Assembly (NCBI GenBank): GCA_964234715.1
Contig: OZ174283.1
DNA: 64,000 bases
Origin: Podarcis melisellensis
Lineage: Eukaryota
Reading direction: 5' to 3' (one strand)
Shown here one piece after another: positions 50,615-62,541 of this stretch. Position 1 is the first letter of the stretch; each line of letters opens with the position of its first letter. The translations under genes were made by a program, and so were the position numbers. A model generated the notes under the pieces. That model was not told where the DNA came from. It worked only from the letters and a program-made list of their open reading frames with translations, and did not search any database.

Positions 50615-52282
50615 TGTGTTGTATGCTGGCATCCTTCTGTTTCAGAGGACAATGGAAGAGTTATCCCTTTGAGGGTGACGTCAAATCATTGGAGAGTTAC
50701 AGTGCCTGCTGTGGCTGTAGAGACTAATATGGGAGAGACATGTTTTGTTGCAGCTGGGGCAGATGAAGGCACCCGGTTTTGCTGCTACAAGTGCACCATG
50801 GCATTTATTATCTCTTTATTCCTCCCAGTGGTCATTTCTCCACTGCTCACTGCTGTGGATCCATGACCTGTCTGTCTGCCTCCAGGCACTGCAGTTGTCT
50901 GCAAGGGATTCCCATACAGTGGGTTTAATGTTGTCAGCCTTCATGTCATGTTTGCAGAAATCTTTGTAATACAGTGTAGGTCTGCCAATAGACCTAGTGC
51001 TCCTGTATAGCATATCCTTGAGGATACCTCCATCTTCTGTGTGGTGGACATTACCTGAGACAGAAGTGTGACCATGCTGGGAATATGGACTTGGGAGAGC
51101 ACATCTTTGTTTGAAACTCTGTCCTCCCAAGTGATGCTCAAAATCTTCCTGACACAGCACATATGGAAGGCATTGAGACATCATTCCTGGTGGGTGTAAG
51201 CTGCCCACAACACATTTCCATAAAGCAGCATGCTCAACACACAAGCAAGGTAGACTTTTATCTTGGTGTTGATCATTAGCATCTCATTCTCCCATACCCT
51301 TTTGCAGAGGCAAGCCTTTGCCGTAGCTGCCTTGCCAATACACTAGTCCAGTTCAGCATCAATACAAAGGTTGCTCGTTATGGTGGGAAGCCCAGGTAGA
51401 CAAAACTGTCTATCACCTCAAGCATGTGGTCACCAATGCTGATGAGTGGAGTGCTGGTGACATCCTGTTGGTCTTTGTCAGACTGATGGACAACACAGTT
51501 GATGAGTCTCTCTAGAGCTTCCTCAGAGTGCAACTGCATCCCGTCCAAACAAGATACCTTGGACAAAGACCCACTGCACTTTTCTCTTGGCATGGAGATG
51601 TGCCAACTTGAACATAGCACCATTACTCCTTTAATGGAAGTACACAGTCAAGCTGAAGACATAGGAAAGGAACAGGGAGAGAAATATGCCACAGAGATTT
51701 GGAGCCAAAACACAGACCTGTTTCACACCACTTTTGATAGGGAAGGCATCTGAGAATGAACTGTCATACTGGACAGTGCTGTTCATGTTCTCATGGCAGG
51801 ACAGGATCATCTCATGGAGCTTAGGTGGGCATCCTATCTTGTTGAGCAGTGTGAAGAGTCCTTTTCAGCTGATGAGGTCAGAGGCCTTTGTCAGGTCTAT
51901 GAAAGCAATGTGCAAGGGGCGTATCTGCTCTCAGCACTTCTTCAGCAGCTGGCACAGTGAGAAAATCATGTTGACTGTTGACCTCTGAGCTCTAAAGCAG
52001 CATTGTGACTTGAGATAGCACTGTCAGCGAGTAACTGTAATCTCTTGAGGAACTACATGGGCAAAGACTTTACCCACAGTACTCAGCAGGGAGGTTCCAT
52101 GATAGTTGTTACAATCATGGCAGTCACCTTTGTACTCGGAGAAGGTCACAGTGCTGAGGTCACTCATGTTTTGTGGCACGGATCCTTTTTCCCAACACTG
52201 CAATAGAAGGCCGTGCAGGTGTGTCATGAAGGAGGAACTGAGGCTGGCTTTTCAGAACTTCTGTTGGGATTCCGTTGCCCCC
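50615..52282 (-). mobile_element. RTE-clade LINE (non-Bov-B), degraded RT and C-terminus
   Basis: Fragments KGDCHDCNNYHGTSLLSTVGKVFAHV, LEVIDSFVYLG, RKILSITWEDRVSNKDVL; 3' end ...GAAGGATGCC. Confidence 0.9.
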
Positions 52283-53196
52283 CATTTGCATTGATTTTCT
52301 CTTCCCACATAATGAAAGAGGAATTGCCTTTTCCTTACAGCTGGTAGTGGGGTTATGTGGCGAGATCTGCATAGGGACACTTTGTACTCAACATGCAGAC
52401 TTACTTCTTTTTAACAGCAATTCCCCTGTGTTGCGAAGGCATCCTGTCAGGTCTACAAATCAGAATTTGCACCAACCTTACAAAGTAAGACTGCAAACCG
52501 CAGGGAAGTAAGTGCTTCCAGTGGTACTTCTAGCTGCATACCAGCCATGAGAACGCATCCTATAAATCCTTGGAAGATATTCAGCTGGCAAAACTATTCT
52601 GTGGCATCAAGGCATAGGCATTCCTGACCTTTTATTCACCTTCCTGTCTCAAATGTATCACCGGGAGGATATCCTCCAAATTAGCACTGGCAAAAGATGC
52701 AGTCCTCAAAGGATTAGTGGCAGGATTAGTGATGGGATTTAAATTTCCTCATCTGACCTCCTTCTCCCTTCCATTTTAGATTCCTCCTGTGATAAATGGG
52801 AATCCAGTATATGATTGTGCAGCGAAGGTGCTAGAGTTAGGATGATGAGAAGGTGAGAACTGATGCTAAATGGGCTACTAAGGAGACTTAGAGCTATTTC
52901 ATACACTGTGTAAAGGCAAATGAGGATTTACAACCAGGAGCAGGAAGTTTCAGTACCCTGGCCATTGTATCTGCACTGATACTTGCGTGTACTGCAATCA
53001 TGCTTTACACTGCCAACTATATTTACATTTTAATGCATCCAGTAGCAACATTTTCTAAGTTGGTTTACCTTTTAAGTGTACAGTCATAAAGGTAAAGTAG
53101 ACTTTATATACTGGACATTTTCATCTTTGGAAAGCTACAGTCACAAAACCATTTCAAATTCCATAAAAGTAGCCCTGTTACTTTTGAACGTTGGTT

Positions 53197-53884
53197 GTTG
53201 TTGTTGTTGTTTAGTCATTTAGTCGTGTCTGACTCTTCGTGACCCCATGGACCAGAGCACGCCAGGCACTTCTGTCTTCCACTGCCTCCCGCAGTTTGGT
53301 CAGACTCATGTTTGTAGCTTCGAAGACACTATCCAACCATCTCGTCCTCTGTCGTCCCCTTCTCCTTGTGCCCTCCATCTTTCCTAACATCAGGGTCTTT
53401 TCCAGGGAGTCTTCTCTTCTCATGAGGTGGCCAAAGTATTGGAGCCTCAGCTTCACAATCTGTCCTTCCAGTGAGCACTCAGGGCTGATTTCCTTAAGAA
53501 TGGATCGGTTTGTTCTTCTTGCAGTCCGTGGGACTCTCAAGAGTCTCCTCCAGCACCATAATTCAAAAGCATCAATTCTTCAGCGATCTGCCTTCTTTAT
53601 GGTCCAGCTCTCACTTCCATACATCACTACTGGGAAAACCATAGCTTTTACTATACGGACCTTTGTTGGCAAGGTGACGTCTCTACTTTTTAAGATGCTG
53701 TCTAGGTTTGTCATTGCTTTCCTCCCAAGAAGCAGGCATCTCTTAATTTCGTGGCTGCTGTCACCATCTGCAGTGATCATGGAGCCCAAGAAAGTAAAAT
53801 CTCTCACTGCCTCCATTTCTTCTCCTTCTATTTGCCAGGAGGTGATGGGACCAGTGGCCATGATCTTCGTTTTTTTGATGTTGA
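53197..53884 (-). mobile_element. Bov-B LINE, 5'-truncated, low divergence
   Basis: ORFs 53580-53861 and 53211-53540 are one frame broken by a single stop; (CAA)n tail; 11-bp TSD GAACGTTGGTT (53186-53196, 53885-53895). Confidence 0.96.
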
Positions 53885-54077
53885 GAACGTTGGTTACACA
53901 TTACCTTTGTAGCTGTAAGCCAACTCCCAGCCACTATCCCCCAGTTTGATTCCATAGTGCCTGGAAACTGGATATGCTATTCATGTGAGGTGGAAGATGA
54001 AACAAAATAAGGAAGTGGTATGGGAGTATGTAATTCTGGGACACAGTTCCAGACATAGGAGCACCAGGAGAGAATGG

Positions 54078-54336
54078 TTAAGAGCTGATTGGATTAGGTC
54101 AGTGGTCCAGCCTGTCCAGCATCCTGTTTTCACAGTGGCCAGATACTCATGTGAAGCCTATCCTCAAGACCTAGCACAAGAGCACTCCCTCCTCTTGCAT
54201 TTTCCAGAAACTGGAAGCATTACTGCCTCCAACAGTAGAGGTGGTAGAACATAGCCATCAGGGTAAGTAGCCATTGATAGCCTTACCCTCCCATGAATTT
54301 GTCTAATCCTTTTTTAAAAAGCCATCTAAGATGGTG
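54078..54336 (-). mobile_element. CR1 3' fragment
   Basis: CCATGAATTTGTCTAATCCTTTTTTAAAAAGCCATC (reverse of DGFK.GLDKFM) plus 3' UTR motifs. Confidence 0.75.
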
Positions 54337-55119
54337 TTGTGTTGTGCAAGAGAGCAGGTGACCTTTGGGAAGCTGAGGATGGTATAAAGGTGAGGCCCTG
54401 GAGAACTTTAAAATGGAAGGGCAAGAAGTTTCAGCAAGTAGATCTTGTGATTATTTGTCACACTTTCATAATTAGAGTCTACTCTGCGCTGAATATGGCA
54501 CTGCCTTGGTGATTCTTTAAAAGCATTATTTGGCATAATAGAATTGACCTGTTTTCATCCTAATTCGGAATTGACCTGTCAGGATCATATTACATCAAGA
54601 GGTGGCGGAACCTGTGGCTCTCCAGATGTTATTGACTCCATGATAATATATCAGTTATGCCAAGGAAAGGTTATTTCATTTGTGTGCGCACACCTCACCA
54701 TTTTAACTATAAAGCTTTCTGCTAATTAATTAGTATGGCAATTAAATAATGCATAGTGCAGTTATTTTTAATAACTCACAGATTGTCTTCCTGTGCATTT
54801 CCAAAACAGAGCAGAGCCGTTGCTAATTAAATCTCTGGAATCTAAAAAAATCTTTTGAGATAATGCTGCTTCAGCTGGGTTGGACTGACAAGTTGCTAGG
54901 TAAGTATGCCTTGCTTTAATGTTAGAGGCTTTATGTTCATGTATTGTGTCAATTGCCTGCCTGAGTTGCTGCATGGTTCATTATACTGTGAAAGCTGTCA
55001 GGGGGCATTTCTGGATGTCCATGTGCAATGAACCCTCGAACCTGAACTGGTCATCTGCTTGTTGCCTGTAGCAGTGACTTTGTTCCTTCTTAACACTGTT
55101 GGCAACCATTTGATTACTC

Positions 55120-55124
<5 letters not shown>

Positions 55125-55152
<28 letters not shown>
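55125..55152. repeat. (GA)n microsatellite
   Basis: Seen directly. Confidence 0.95.
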
Positions 55153-55156
<4 letters not shown>

Positions 55157-55706
55157 CCTTGTAAAGAGTGGCTGCTGTGGGCTTGCTTTTAAACTGCTTT
55201 CAGCTTTCCAAGTATGTTCCAGCTGAGCACCTTCATGGAATAAAGCTTTTTACTTAGGAGTCTTTACAAAATCCCACTGACCTCAGAATGAAAATGCAGA
55301 TAATGCTACCTTTCAGCTGTGGGAGAAAAGAGAGGGTGCTTTGAAATTATCATAAAGAGCTCTGGAATCTCATGCATCTTGATTCAGAAGTAGGGCCCAT
55401 TTAAGTCCAGTGAGGTGTGCGAGAGTGCATGGCATGCAGTCTAAAGGTATGTGAATCTGTGGTTTAAAACAAATTAAATTTTGATTAAATACTGGCAAAG
55501 TTCGCAAAGAGGGAAGGGTCAAATCTCTCCTGCAGCATCATGGCTCTTACAGTGATGGGCCCCAAATGGGGTAGTTTTAAAAGGGGATTACATAAATCCA
55601 TGGAGGATGTGGCAATCCATGACGACTGGCCATGTTCCAACTCTACTGTTCAAAACAGTATGTTTCTGAATACCTGTTGCTTGCAAGTAGGGAAAATATT
55701 CTAAAC

Positions 55707-55842
55707 CAGGCTTCCTCAACCTTGGCCCTCCAGATGTTTTTGGCCTACAACTCCCATGATCCCTAGCTAGCAGGACCAGTCATCAGGGATGAGGAGAAAT
55801 TGTAGTCTCAAAACATTTGGAGGGCCGAGGTTGAGGAAACTG
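55707..55842. mobile_element. Palindromic URR1-like hAT MITE
   Basis: Near-identical to 48781-48916; follows a CR1 3' fragment (~55550-55700). Confidence 0.85.
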
Positions 55843-57623
55843 ATAATCTAGCTATGCCAGGAGGAGGTTGTGATTGTGCAAGATTATATAACCTTGCAAG
55901 CAGGGAGATTAGAAAGCCAGTATTGTATTTACTTCAGGGGCTTCTTTTTAATAGATGGCTCCCTTGAATACTAAACAGGAAGGTACTTTAATTTAGCATC
56001 AGAATTGCTACAGCCGAGTTCTGTGCTGCTACATATCTTCCAAGTCCCCAATTTTACAACCTTCCTTTGTAAGCATAAAGAGAGTTTGCGTTTCAGTAAC
56101 CCTAGCAGAGATTCCTTGGCCTTTACACAATCCATAGGCTGCCCTTTAAACCTTGTACATGCACACAGCAGATAGGTTTCATGGCAGGGGGAAAGGCCAT
56201 TCAGCATGTAATGTAACTGCACATGTTGGTAGTTTTCTAATTTGTGGGGCTGGGGGACTTCAGGAGCTACTATGTATGTGTTAACAAGACTTTCATTTTC
56301 CTTCTCCCCGAGCATCAGACTACTGAGTGAGACTTTTATCCAATTCCCTTCTTCCCACTCTTTACAGTAGCCAACCAAATGCTTGTGAAAACCCCACAAA
56401 CGGCCTGAATTCAAGAAGTCTTTCCTGCCATTGCTCCCTAGCAATTGGTATTCAGAGGTAGATTTCCATTGAACATGAATGATTTATTTTCACTTTTAGG
56501 AATGAAAATTAAAAAGTATCAAATAATTCAACCTTTCTTCATAGGGGAGTTGCTCCAACTCCTTGATCGTTTTGTTTGCCTTTTTCTGAGTCTTTTTCTA
56601 CTCTGCAGTAATTTTTCTGAGGTGAAATGGACAAGCTATGGCAGAATACGTGAATACAATTAAAGCAGAAAAGAGAAAAAGGAAGTTAATCCTTGACCTG
56701 AGAAGGTGACAACTATGTAAGTGTTGTCCCTGTTTGCACCTGTGAAATGTTAGGGTGTGTATATAAGCATACACAAACATAGTTTCCCAATCTGGTGCTG
56801 CAGTGGTTTGTTCATGGCATCCTTCTTTGCTGCTACCTATAGAGAAAAGCTCAAATTCAGCTTTGTTCCATGGGAAGTGAAGCATGGTAGCCAAATGGGT
56901 TGCTGCATCATTACAGGAGAATGTGTTGTTTCCAAACATTCCTTCCTATCCCAACACTAGAGCTGTAAAAACAAGAGGTGCACTCTCCAGGTCAGGAGCT
57001 GTTACTCCACTCCCAGCTCAGCAGGCAGAGCCTAAATCTATTTCTCTTGAATGTTCAAATTGTAAGGACTGCATGCACTTAGCTGATGCAAAAACCACTT
57101 TGGGACATAACAGGATGCAGGGATTTACTGAACCTTGTTTTGACTCGTGTTCATATTTTAAATATGTATACCTATTACAAGCAGATTGTACACATGGCAG
57201 GCAGCTGCTGCCAAATTATATTCTGTGCATATTTGCCCTCTAATTAGAGAGTACAGCTGTTTATCTGTTTGTTTTCCCCGTATAAGGCGGCCTGCCTCTT
57301 GTGTGGGGCTTAAAAAACCCCACACAAGTTAATTTTTAGGGAGCGGAGACATTCACATCACACTTTTCTCCGTGGTTTGAACAAACATAAAGCATACAAA
57401 CAGAACAAGCCAGTACATTTTATTGGACCCATTAAAGTTAAAAATGTTGGAAGTGCAGGCTTTGGCGTCAGACTGAAATATCCTCCAGACCGGTTTCCTG
57501 TGAAGAAGAGTTTTGTATATGGTTTTTAAGACTGTGAGCTGCATTGGAGCCTTGTCTGTGTCTGGCTGCAGCAGCCTGGTATATTGAAAAAGATGGCAGC
57601 TGGTTGTGGTGTAGTAGTTAGAT

Positions 57624-57873
57624 CATGGGTAGACAAACCAAGCCCAGGGGCTGGATCTGGCCCAATCACCTTCTAAATCCGGCCCGTGGACGGTCTGGGA
57701 ATCAGCATGTTTTTATATGAGTAGAATGTGTCCTTTTATTTAAAATGCATCTCCGGGTTATTTGTAGGGCATAGGAATTTGTTCTTTTTTCTTCTTCAAA
57801 ATATAGTCCGCCCCCCCCAAAGGTCTGAGGAACAGTGGACCGGCCCCCTGTTGAAAATGTTTGCTGACCCTTG
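57624..57873. mobile_element. hAT (Charlie-like) MITE inserted in a Squam3-like SINE head
   Basis: Perfect TSD AGTTAGAT (57616-57623, 57874-57881); homologous to 9281-9580. Confidence 0.88.
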
Positions 57874-58025
57874 AGTTAGATGATTGGATTAGGACTGGGG
57901 AGGCCAAGTCCTTTGCTCAGCCATGAAACCCACTGGCCAAACTTGGATCAGTAACTACCTATTCAGCCTAAACATCAGTTGCTTGGAGGAAAGGTGGGAT
58001 ATCAATAAATAAAAGCTTACTCTTC

Positions 58026-58370
58026 CATACCCTCCAACATTTATCTGATGAAAATAGGGACGTCCCATTCTATAACGATAATTTTACTATTTATACCCCA
58101 AACATCTCACTGGGTTGCCCCAGCCACTCTAGGCAGCTTCCAACATATTTAAAAACGTAATAAAACATTAAACATTAAAACAAACTTCTCTATACAGGAT
58201 TGCCTTCAGATAGCTCGGGAGTTCGGATAACGCCATACCCTCCAACATTTCTCAAATGAAAATAAGGGCATCCTAAGGAAAAGAGGGACATTCCGGGATC
58301 AAATCAGAAACCGGGGCTTCTTCTCTAAATCAGAGATGTCCTGGGAAAATAAGGACATCTGGATGGTCTG
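58026..58370. mobile_element. Composite hAT (Blackjack-like) element with duplicated left end and L2-tail cargo
   Basis: CATACCCTCCAACATTT at 58026 and 58234; right end GGATGGTCTG; CTCTTC flanks; internal L2 3' UTR. Confidence 0.7.
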
Positions 58371-58393
58371 CTCTTCCAGCATTAGAAAATGTA

Positions 58394-58811
58394 ATGATGA
58401 TGATGATGATGATGATGATTTATTTATATCCCATCTATCTGACTGGGTTGCTCCAGCCACTCTGGGTAGCTTCCAGCAAAATGTAAAAACACAACAAAAC
58501 ATCAAACATTAAAATATTACCCATACAGAAGTCTTCTAAAAGTTATATAGTTGTTTATCTGTTTGACATCTGATGGAAATATGTTCCACAGAGTGAATGC
58601 AAGAAGGAAGGCCCTCTGCCTGTTTCTCTGTAACTTCACTTCTTACAACAAGGGAACTTCCAGAAGGTGCCCAGAGCTGGACTTCAGTGTCCTGGCTTAA
58701 CGATGGGGGTGGAGATGCTCCTTCAGGCATATAGGGCAGAGACCATTAGGACTTTAGAGGTCAGCAGCACCAAAACTTTGAATTGTGCTTAGAAACATAC
58801 TGGGAGCCAGT
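58394..58811 (-). mobile_element. L2 LINE 3' fragment with (GAT)n tail
   Basis: Homologous to 29028-29424 and 46612-47110. Confidence 0.85.
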
Positions 58812-60013
58812 AATTTTCTCATCCCTCGCTTTTTCTTGTCACTTTCCTAACTGCAAAAAGTCCATTTTTAAAATAGATTTAATCCCCTTTAATTGAACAA
58901 ACCTAAAGTTCCTCCCTCAAAATAATGGTAGTCTGCAGGCACCTTAACATTGTGAATATAAATAGTCACTGGTAAGAGTAGATTAACTTCTCTTTTAAAA
59001 AATCTTTAACCAGAACAGTTAGGTGGAATTTTGAAAAAAAGTGCAAATGTATTAAATTGGGAACTACTCCATGTGGAGTGATCTTGAGAATGCACCCTGA
59101 CTGAAAAGAAATGATTTGCAGGTGTACTTACTGCTTCATATATATTTTCATAGACATACAGGATATAAAGGATTATCTATTTAATGCTGTATCATAGGTC
59201 AGGCCAATGAAGAGAGTGTTTGCATCACTGTTTGTTTGAGCTTCACACTTTCTGTTAAGTCCTGTTTTCTCTGCACTGTGTCAGCCAGTGTGATGCTTTG
59301 TTCTCCCCGTTTTTTTAAATGTTCTTTTCCTAGAAGGTTGTTTAAACAACTCATATAGGGCTGCACTCACCCAGGCTGAGGAAAATCCTGTACAAACTGG
59401 AAAGTGTTAGAAAGGGATTTAATGAGATTATCACGGACTGTTCCTTCACAAAAACACACATGCATAAAACAATTCCCCCCCCCCCCAAAATAAAATAAAA
59501 TCCCATAAACCAAGCAGCTGCACTGTTTAACTGAGGACAGGTGACAGAATTTGAGGGAATAAAAAAAAAAGTGCAATAGTTAAGAAGCAGGGGATTTAAA
59601 AGGGAAAAAAGAAAGGCTATTCTTTTTGCAAGCGTTTAAAATCAATACCTAACCCAACAAAACCGAGTTGAATTCATATTTTATAGTAGAAAAGTGCTTC
59701 ATGTTTCCCATCCTAGTATTCAAGTTGACATGGGTCTCTACATTTGTTTTGTAAAGAAACTCCTTGCAGTCTCTGGAACATAATCAAGCTTTGTGGTGCA
59801 TTCCCATTCCATATTAGTTTAGGGCCATAAGTTTGAGAAAGTACATACATTTCAACATTCTCTGTTTACCAGGGAGAGCCACTACTGTTGTTGTTATCAT
59901 TAGAAGTATTTTGTTTTATTTTACAGCTTCCTGGTAAATCACTCTCCTTCCCCTGCCCCCTAATTTTTGCCTGTTGGGGGAAAGCCTCATTATAAATTTG
60001 TTGCTGTGAGTTA

Positions 60014-60359
60014 CCGTATTTTTCACCCTATAGGACGCACCATCCCATAAGGCGCCTCTAGCTTTTTTGGGGGGGAAATTATTTTTCCCCCCCAGGCATG
60101 GGGCTGGGGCGGGGGAAGTCCGAGCTTCCCCCCAGCCTCCAGAACAGGCAACTCTCCGCAAGCCATGGGAGCCCAGCGCCGGGCTCCCACGCCTTGCGGA
60201 GAGCTGCGCGAAGCCTGGAGAGCGAGAGGGGCTGGTGCGCACGACCCCTCTCGCTCTCCAGGCTTCAGCGAAAGCCTGCATTCGCCCCATAGGACGCACA
60301 CACATTTCCCCTTCATTTTTGGAGGGGGAAAAGTGCGTCCTATAGCGCAAAAAATATGG
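60014..60359. mobile_element. Tc1/mariner-pogo (Tc2-like) MITE, GC-rich
   Basis: TIR CCGTATTTTTCACCCTATAGGACGCAC / GTGCGTCCTATAGCGCAAAAAATATGG; TA TSD. Confidence 0.88.
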
Positions 60360-60464
60360 TACTAGACTGGACAGTCTTAGGCAAACCATTCTGGGTTCAC
60401 AGTGATGTACATGGCTGTGCATGCCTTGAATGTGTGTAATTTGCGGAGTTGCCTGTATACAAAT

Positions 60465-60466
<2 letters not shown>

Positions 60467-60516
<50 letters not shown>
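60467..60516. repeat. (AAT)n microsatellite
   Basis: Seen directly. Confidence 0.95.
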
Positions 60517-60526
<10 letters not shown>

Positions 60527-61837
60527 TATATGTTGCTGGACCAATCCCCCACATCCCTGACTCTTGTCCATGCTGCCTGGGGCCAATGAGAACTGGAGTC
60601 CCAACAGCATGTGGAGAGCCACAGTTTCTTTGTCCCCCTGATGTAAATTCATGCACATGGAATTCTAAAAGTCTCATGCAGCATATACACTCTGCTATTT
60701 CATGTACCAGACATGTGTATTGTGAGCTGTTGGTAACACAGCAATCATGTTTTCTCTGCTGTTAGGTCACCCTACTCCTCTGAGTCCTGGAAAATTCTAA
60801 GAGCGCTGTGTTTACCCAAGTTTGGTTTCCTTTGGGAGAAGTCACTGGAGGCTTAAGCTGGCTGATAATAATTGTGAGCTTATTTTGAAATGTACAGGTT
60901 TGAATATAGGTGGAGGCAACAGACAGTGAAAGTCCACTATCAGATCTCTAGGGAGATAGCTAGAACCTGACACTTACACATCTCAAAATGTAGCTCTCTT
61001 GTGTCTCTGTCTAAACTGCAATCTTTTGTTCTTTCCACACGCAAACACCTTGCCCCCTCCTCCTCCTGGCGATCATCTTAGCTCTCCTGGAGACATGTTG
61101 CCTGAATATTACAAGCTATCAACAAGTCTTTTGTCAAGAGGTTGGTCTGGTAGTGCCTCAGGGTAACCAACACTGATTGCCCTACTCACAAAACTTTGAT
61201 AGGAAGCCTATAAACATACCTTTATCTCTTCCCCACCCCCTTCTTGGCTTTTAAAATTGTATAGGACAGGCTACTTTTGATAGAGCAGAACTTTCAGCAT
61301 TGTGCGAGGAGGCAAGGAGTGCTTGGGCAGAGTGAAAAATAGGTATGTTATAAACTTATCCCTATTTTCATCTTTTAAAGGTTGGAAGGTGTGAAAGCTA
61401 GGTCTGGGCAGGGTCCCTGTGCTTTTAAATTATAGGAATGAGAAATTTGGCTGGTGTAGTTTTCCCATTAGTGCCACTTTAGTAATATAAGCTCTGCCTC
61501 TTGAAATTGTCACTGATAAACAATTGACAAAACAACAGGTGCTTTATTCTGCCTAGTTGCACAGGGCGATTCCAATATAATACAAGAAGAGAGGAAAACA
61601 TAATGAGAAGGTGCCAGCACATGTACAAAGGAATTAGGTCTCCAAAGGGCTTTACCAATATATATACTCCATTAAACTTTTCAGTTCTGCATAACTATAA
61701 TTAAACCTGTCAATACTTGGTTTCAGGTCAACGATTGTGGGAAGGCAAGAATTTCTGAATAGCAGTGACTGAATGCCACCTCTTAGCATTCTGCATTAGC
61801 AGGGGTGGGGTGGGGATTTGCAGTAAAGTTGTATACA

Positions 61838-61840
<3 letters not shown>

Positions 61841-61889
<49 letters not shown>

Positions 61890-62103
61890 TATTTATTGTC
61901 ATTGCTCCCTCTCGGGGACAACGAAATTACTTGGCTGCTCCATCCACCCAGGTAGGGCACTCCACACAAAATCAAAGCACTAATTAAAACAATACAGTAG
62001 TATAATACAGCAAGGAAGATTAGATGACTTTCAAAGTCCAGGCTTCCCATTCAGGGCCGAGATCGCTCTGGAGAAGAAGCTGTTCTTAAGACGGCTCGTG
62101 CGC
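61841..62103 (-). mobile_element. Rex1/Babar-like LINE 3' end with (ATT)n tail
   Basis: Reverse strand RTSRLKNSFFSRAISALNGKPGL*, short 3' UTR ending ACAATAAA plus microsatellite. Confidence 0.7.
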
Positions 62104-62327
62104 TCAAAAGTAAGTCCCAGTGAATTCAATGGTGCTTACTTCCATTCTCACATGGGATTAAGCCTTAATTCTGTGTAAACATGCACTGGGTTGAAGTGTA
62201 AGAGTAAGGCTACATGAAAAGAGATTTTTACATACCCATTATGACTATTTAAGAGACTATTAAATATTGAAATATTAACATGAGCCTAAGCGATGTTAAA
62301 GTACCGGTAATTCAAAACAATTGTTAC

Positions 62328-62329
<2 letters not shown>

Positions 62330-62358
<29 letters not shown>
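62330..62358. repeat. (CA)n microsatellite
   Basis: Seen directly. Confidence 0.95.
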
Positions 62359-62362
<4 letters not shown>

Positions 62363-62541
62363 CCATTGTCAAAGTGTTTTTTCCTTCTTTACTGAAATTG
62401 GTTGAGTTTTTGTTTCATACTTTAAATTAATGTTTACAAAACTGGTAAAAAGATGTGGATTTCTGATAGATGAATGAGATATTAACTCTTACTGGAACAT
62501 TTGTAAGGCAGTGCAAGATAGTGGCTTCTTATTGTTTCTTT

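Noticed and set aside
52780-52852. Exon-shaped segment (ccattttag...AAG|gtgaga)
   Set aside because: No recognisable peptide; such pseudo-exons are common in long introns
53239-53949. Longest ORF (236 aa, + strand)
   Set aside because: Antisense shadow of the Bov-B coding strand; the same shadow occurs at 10730-11065
59916-60422. 168-aa ORF and overlapping ORFs
   Set aside because: They arise from the GC-rich MITE; no protein-like motifs
60377-62050. Poly-I/Y/N ORFs
   Set aside because: Translations of (AAT)n microsatellites
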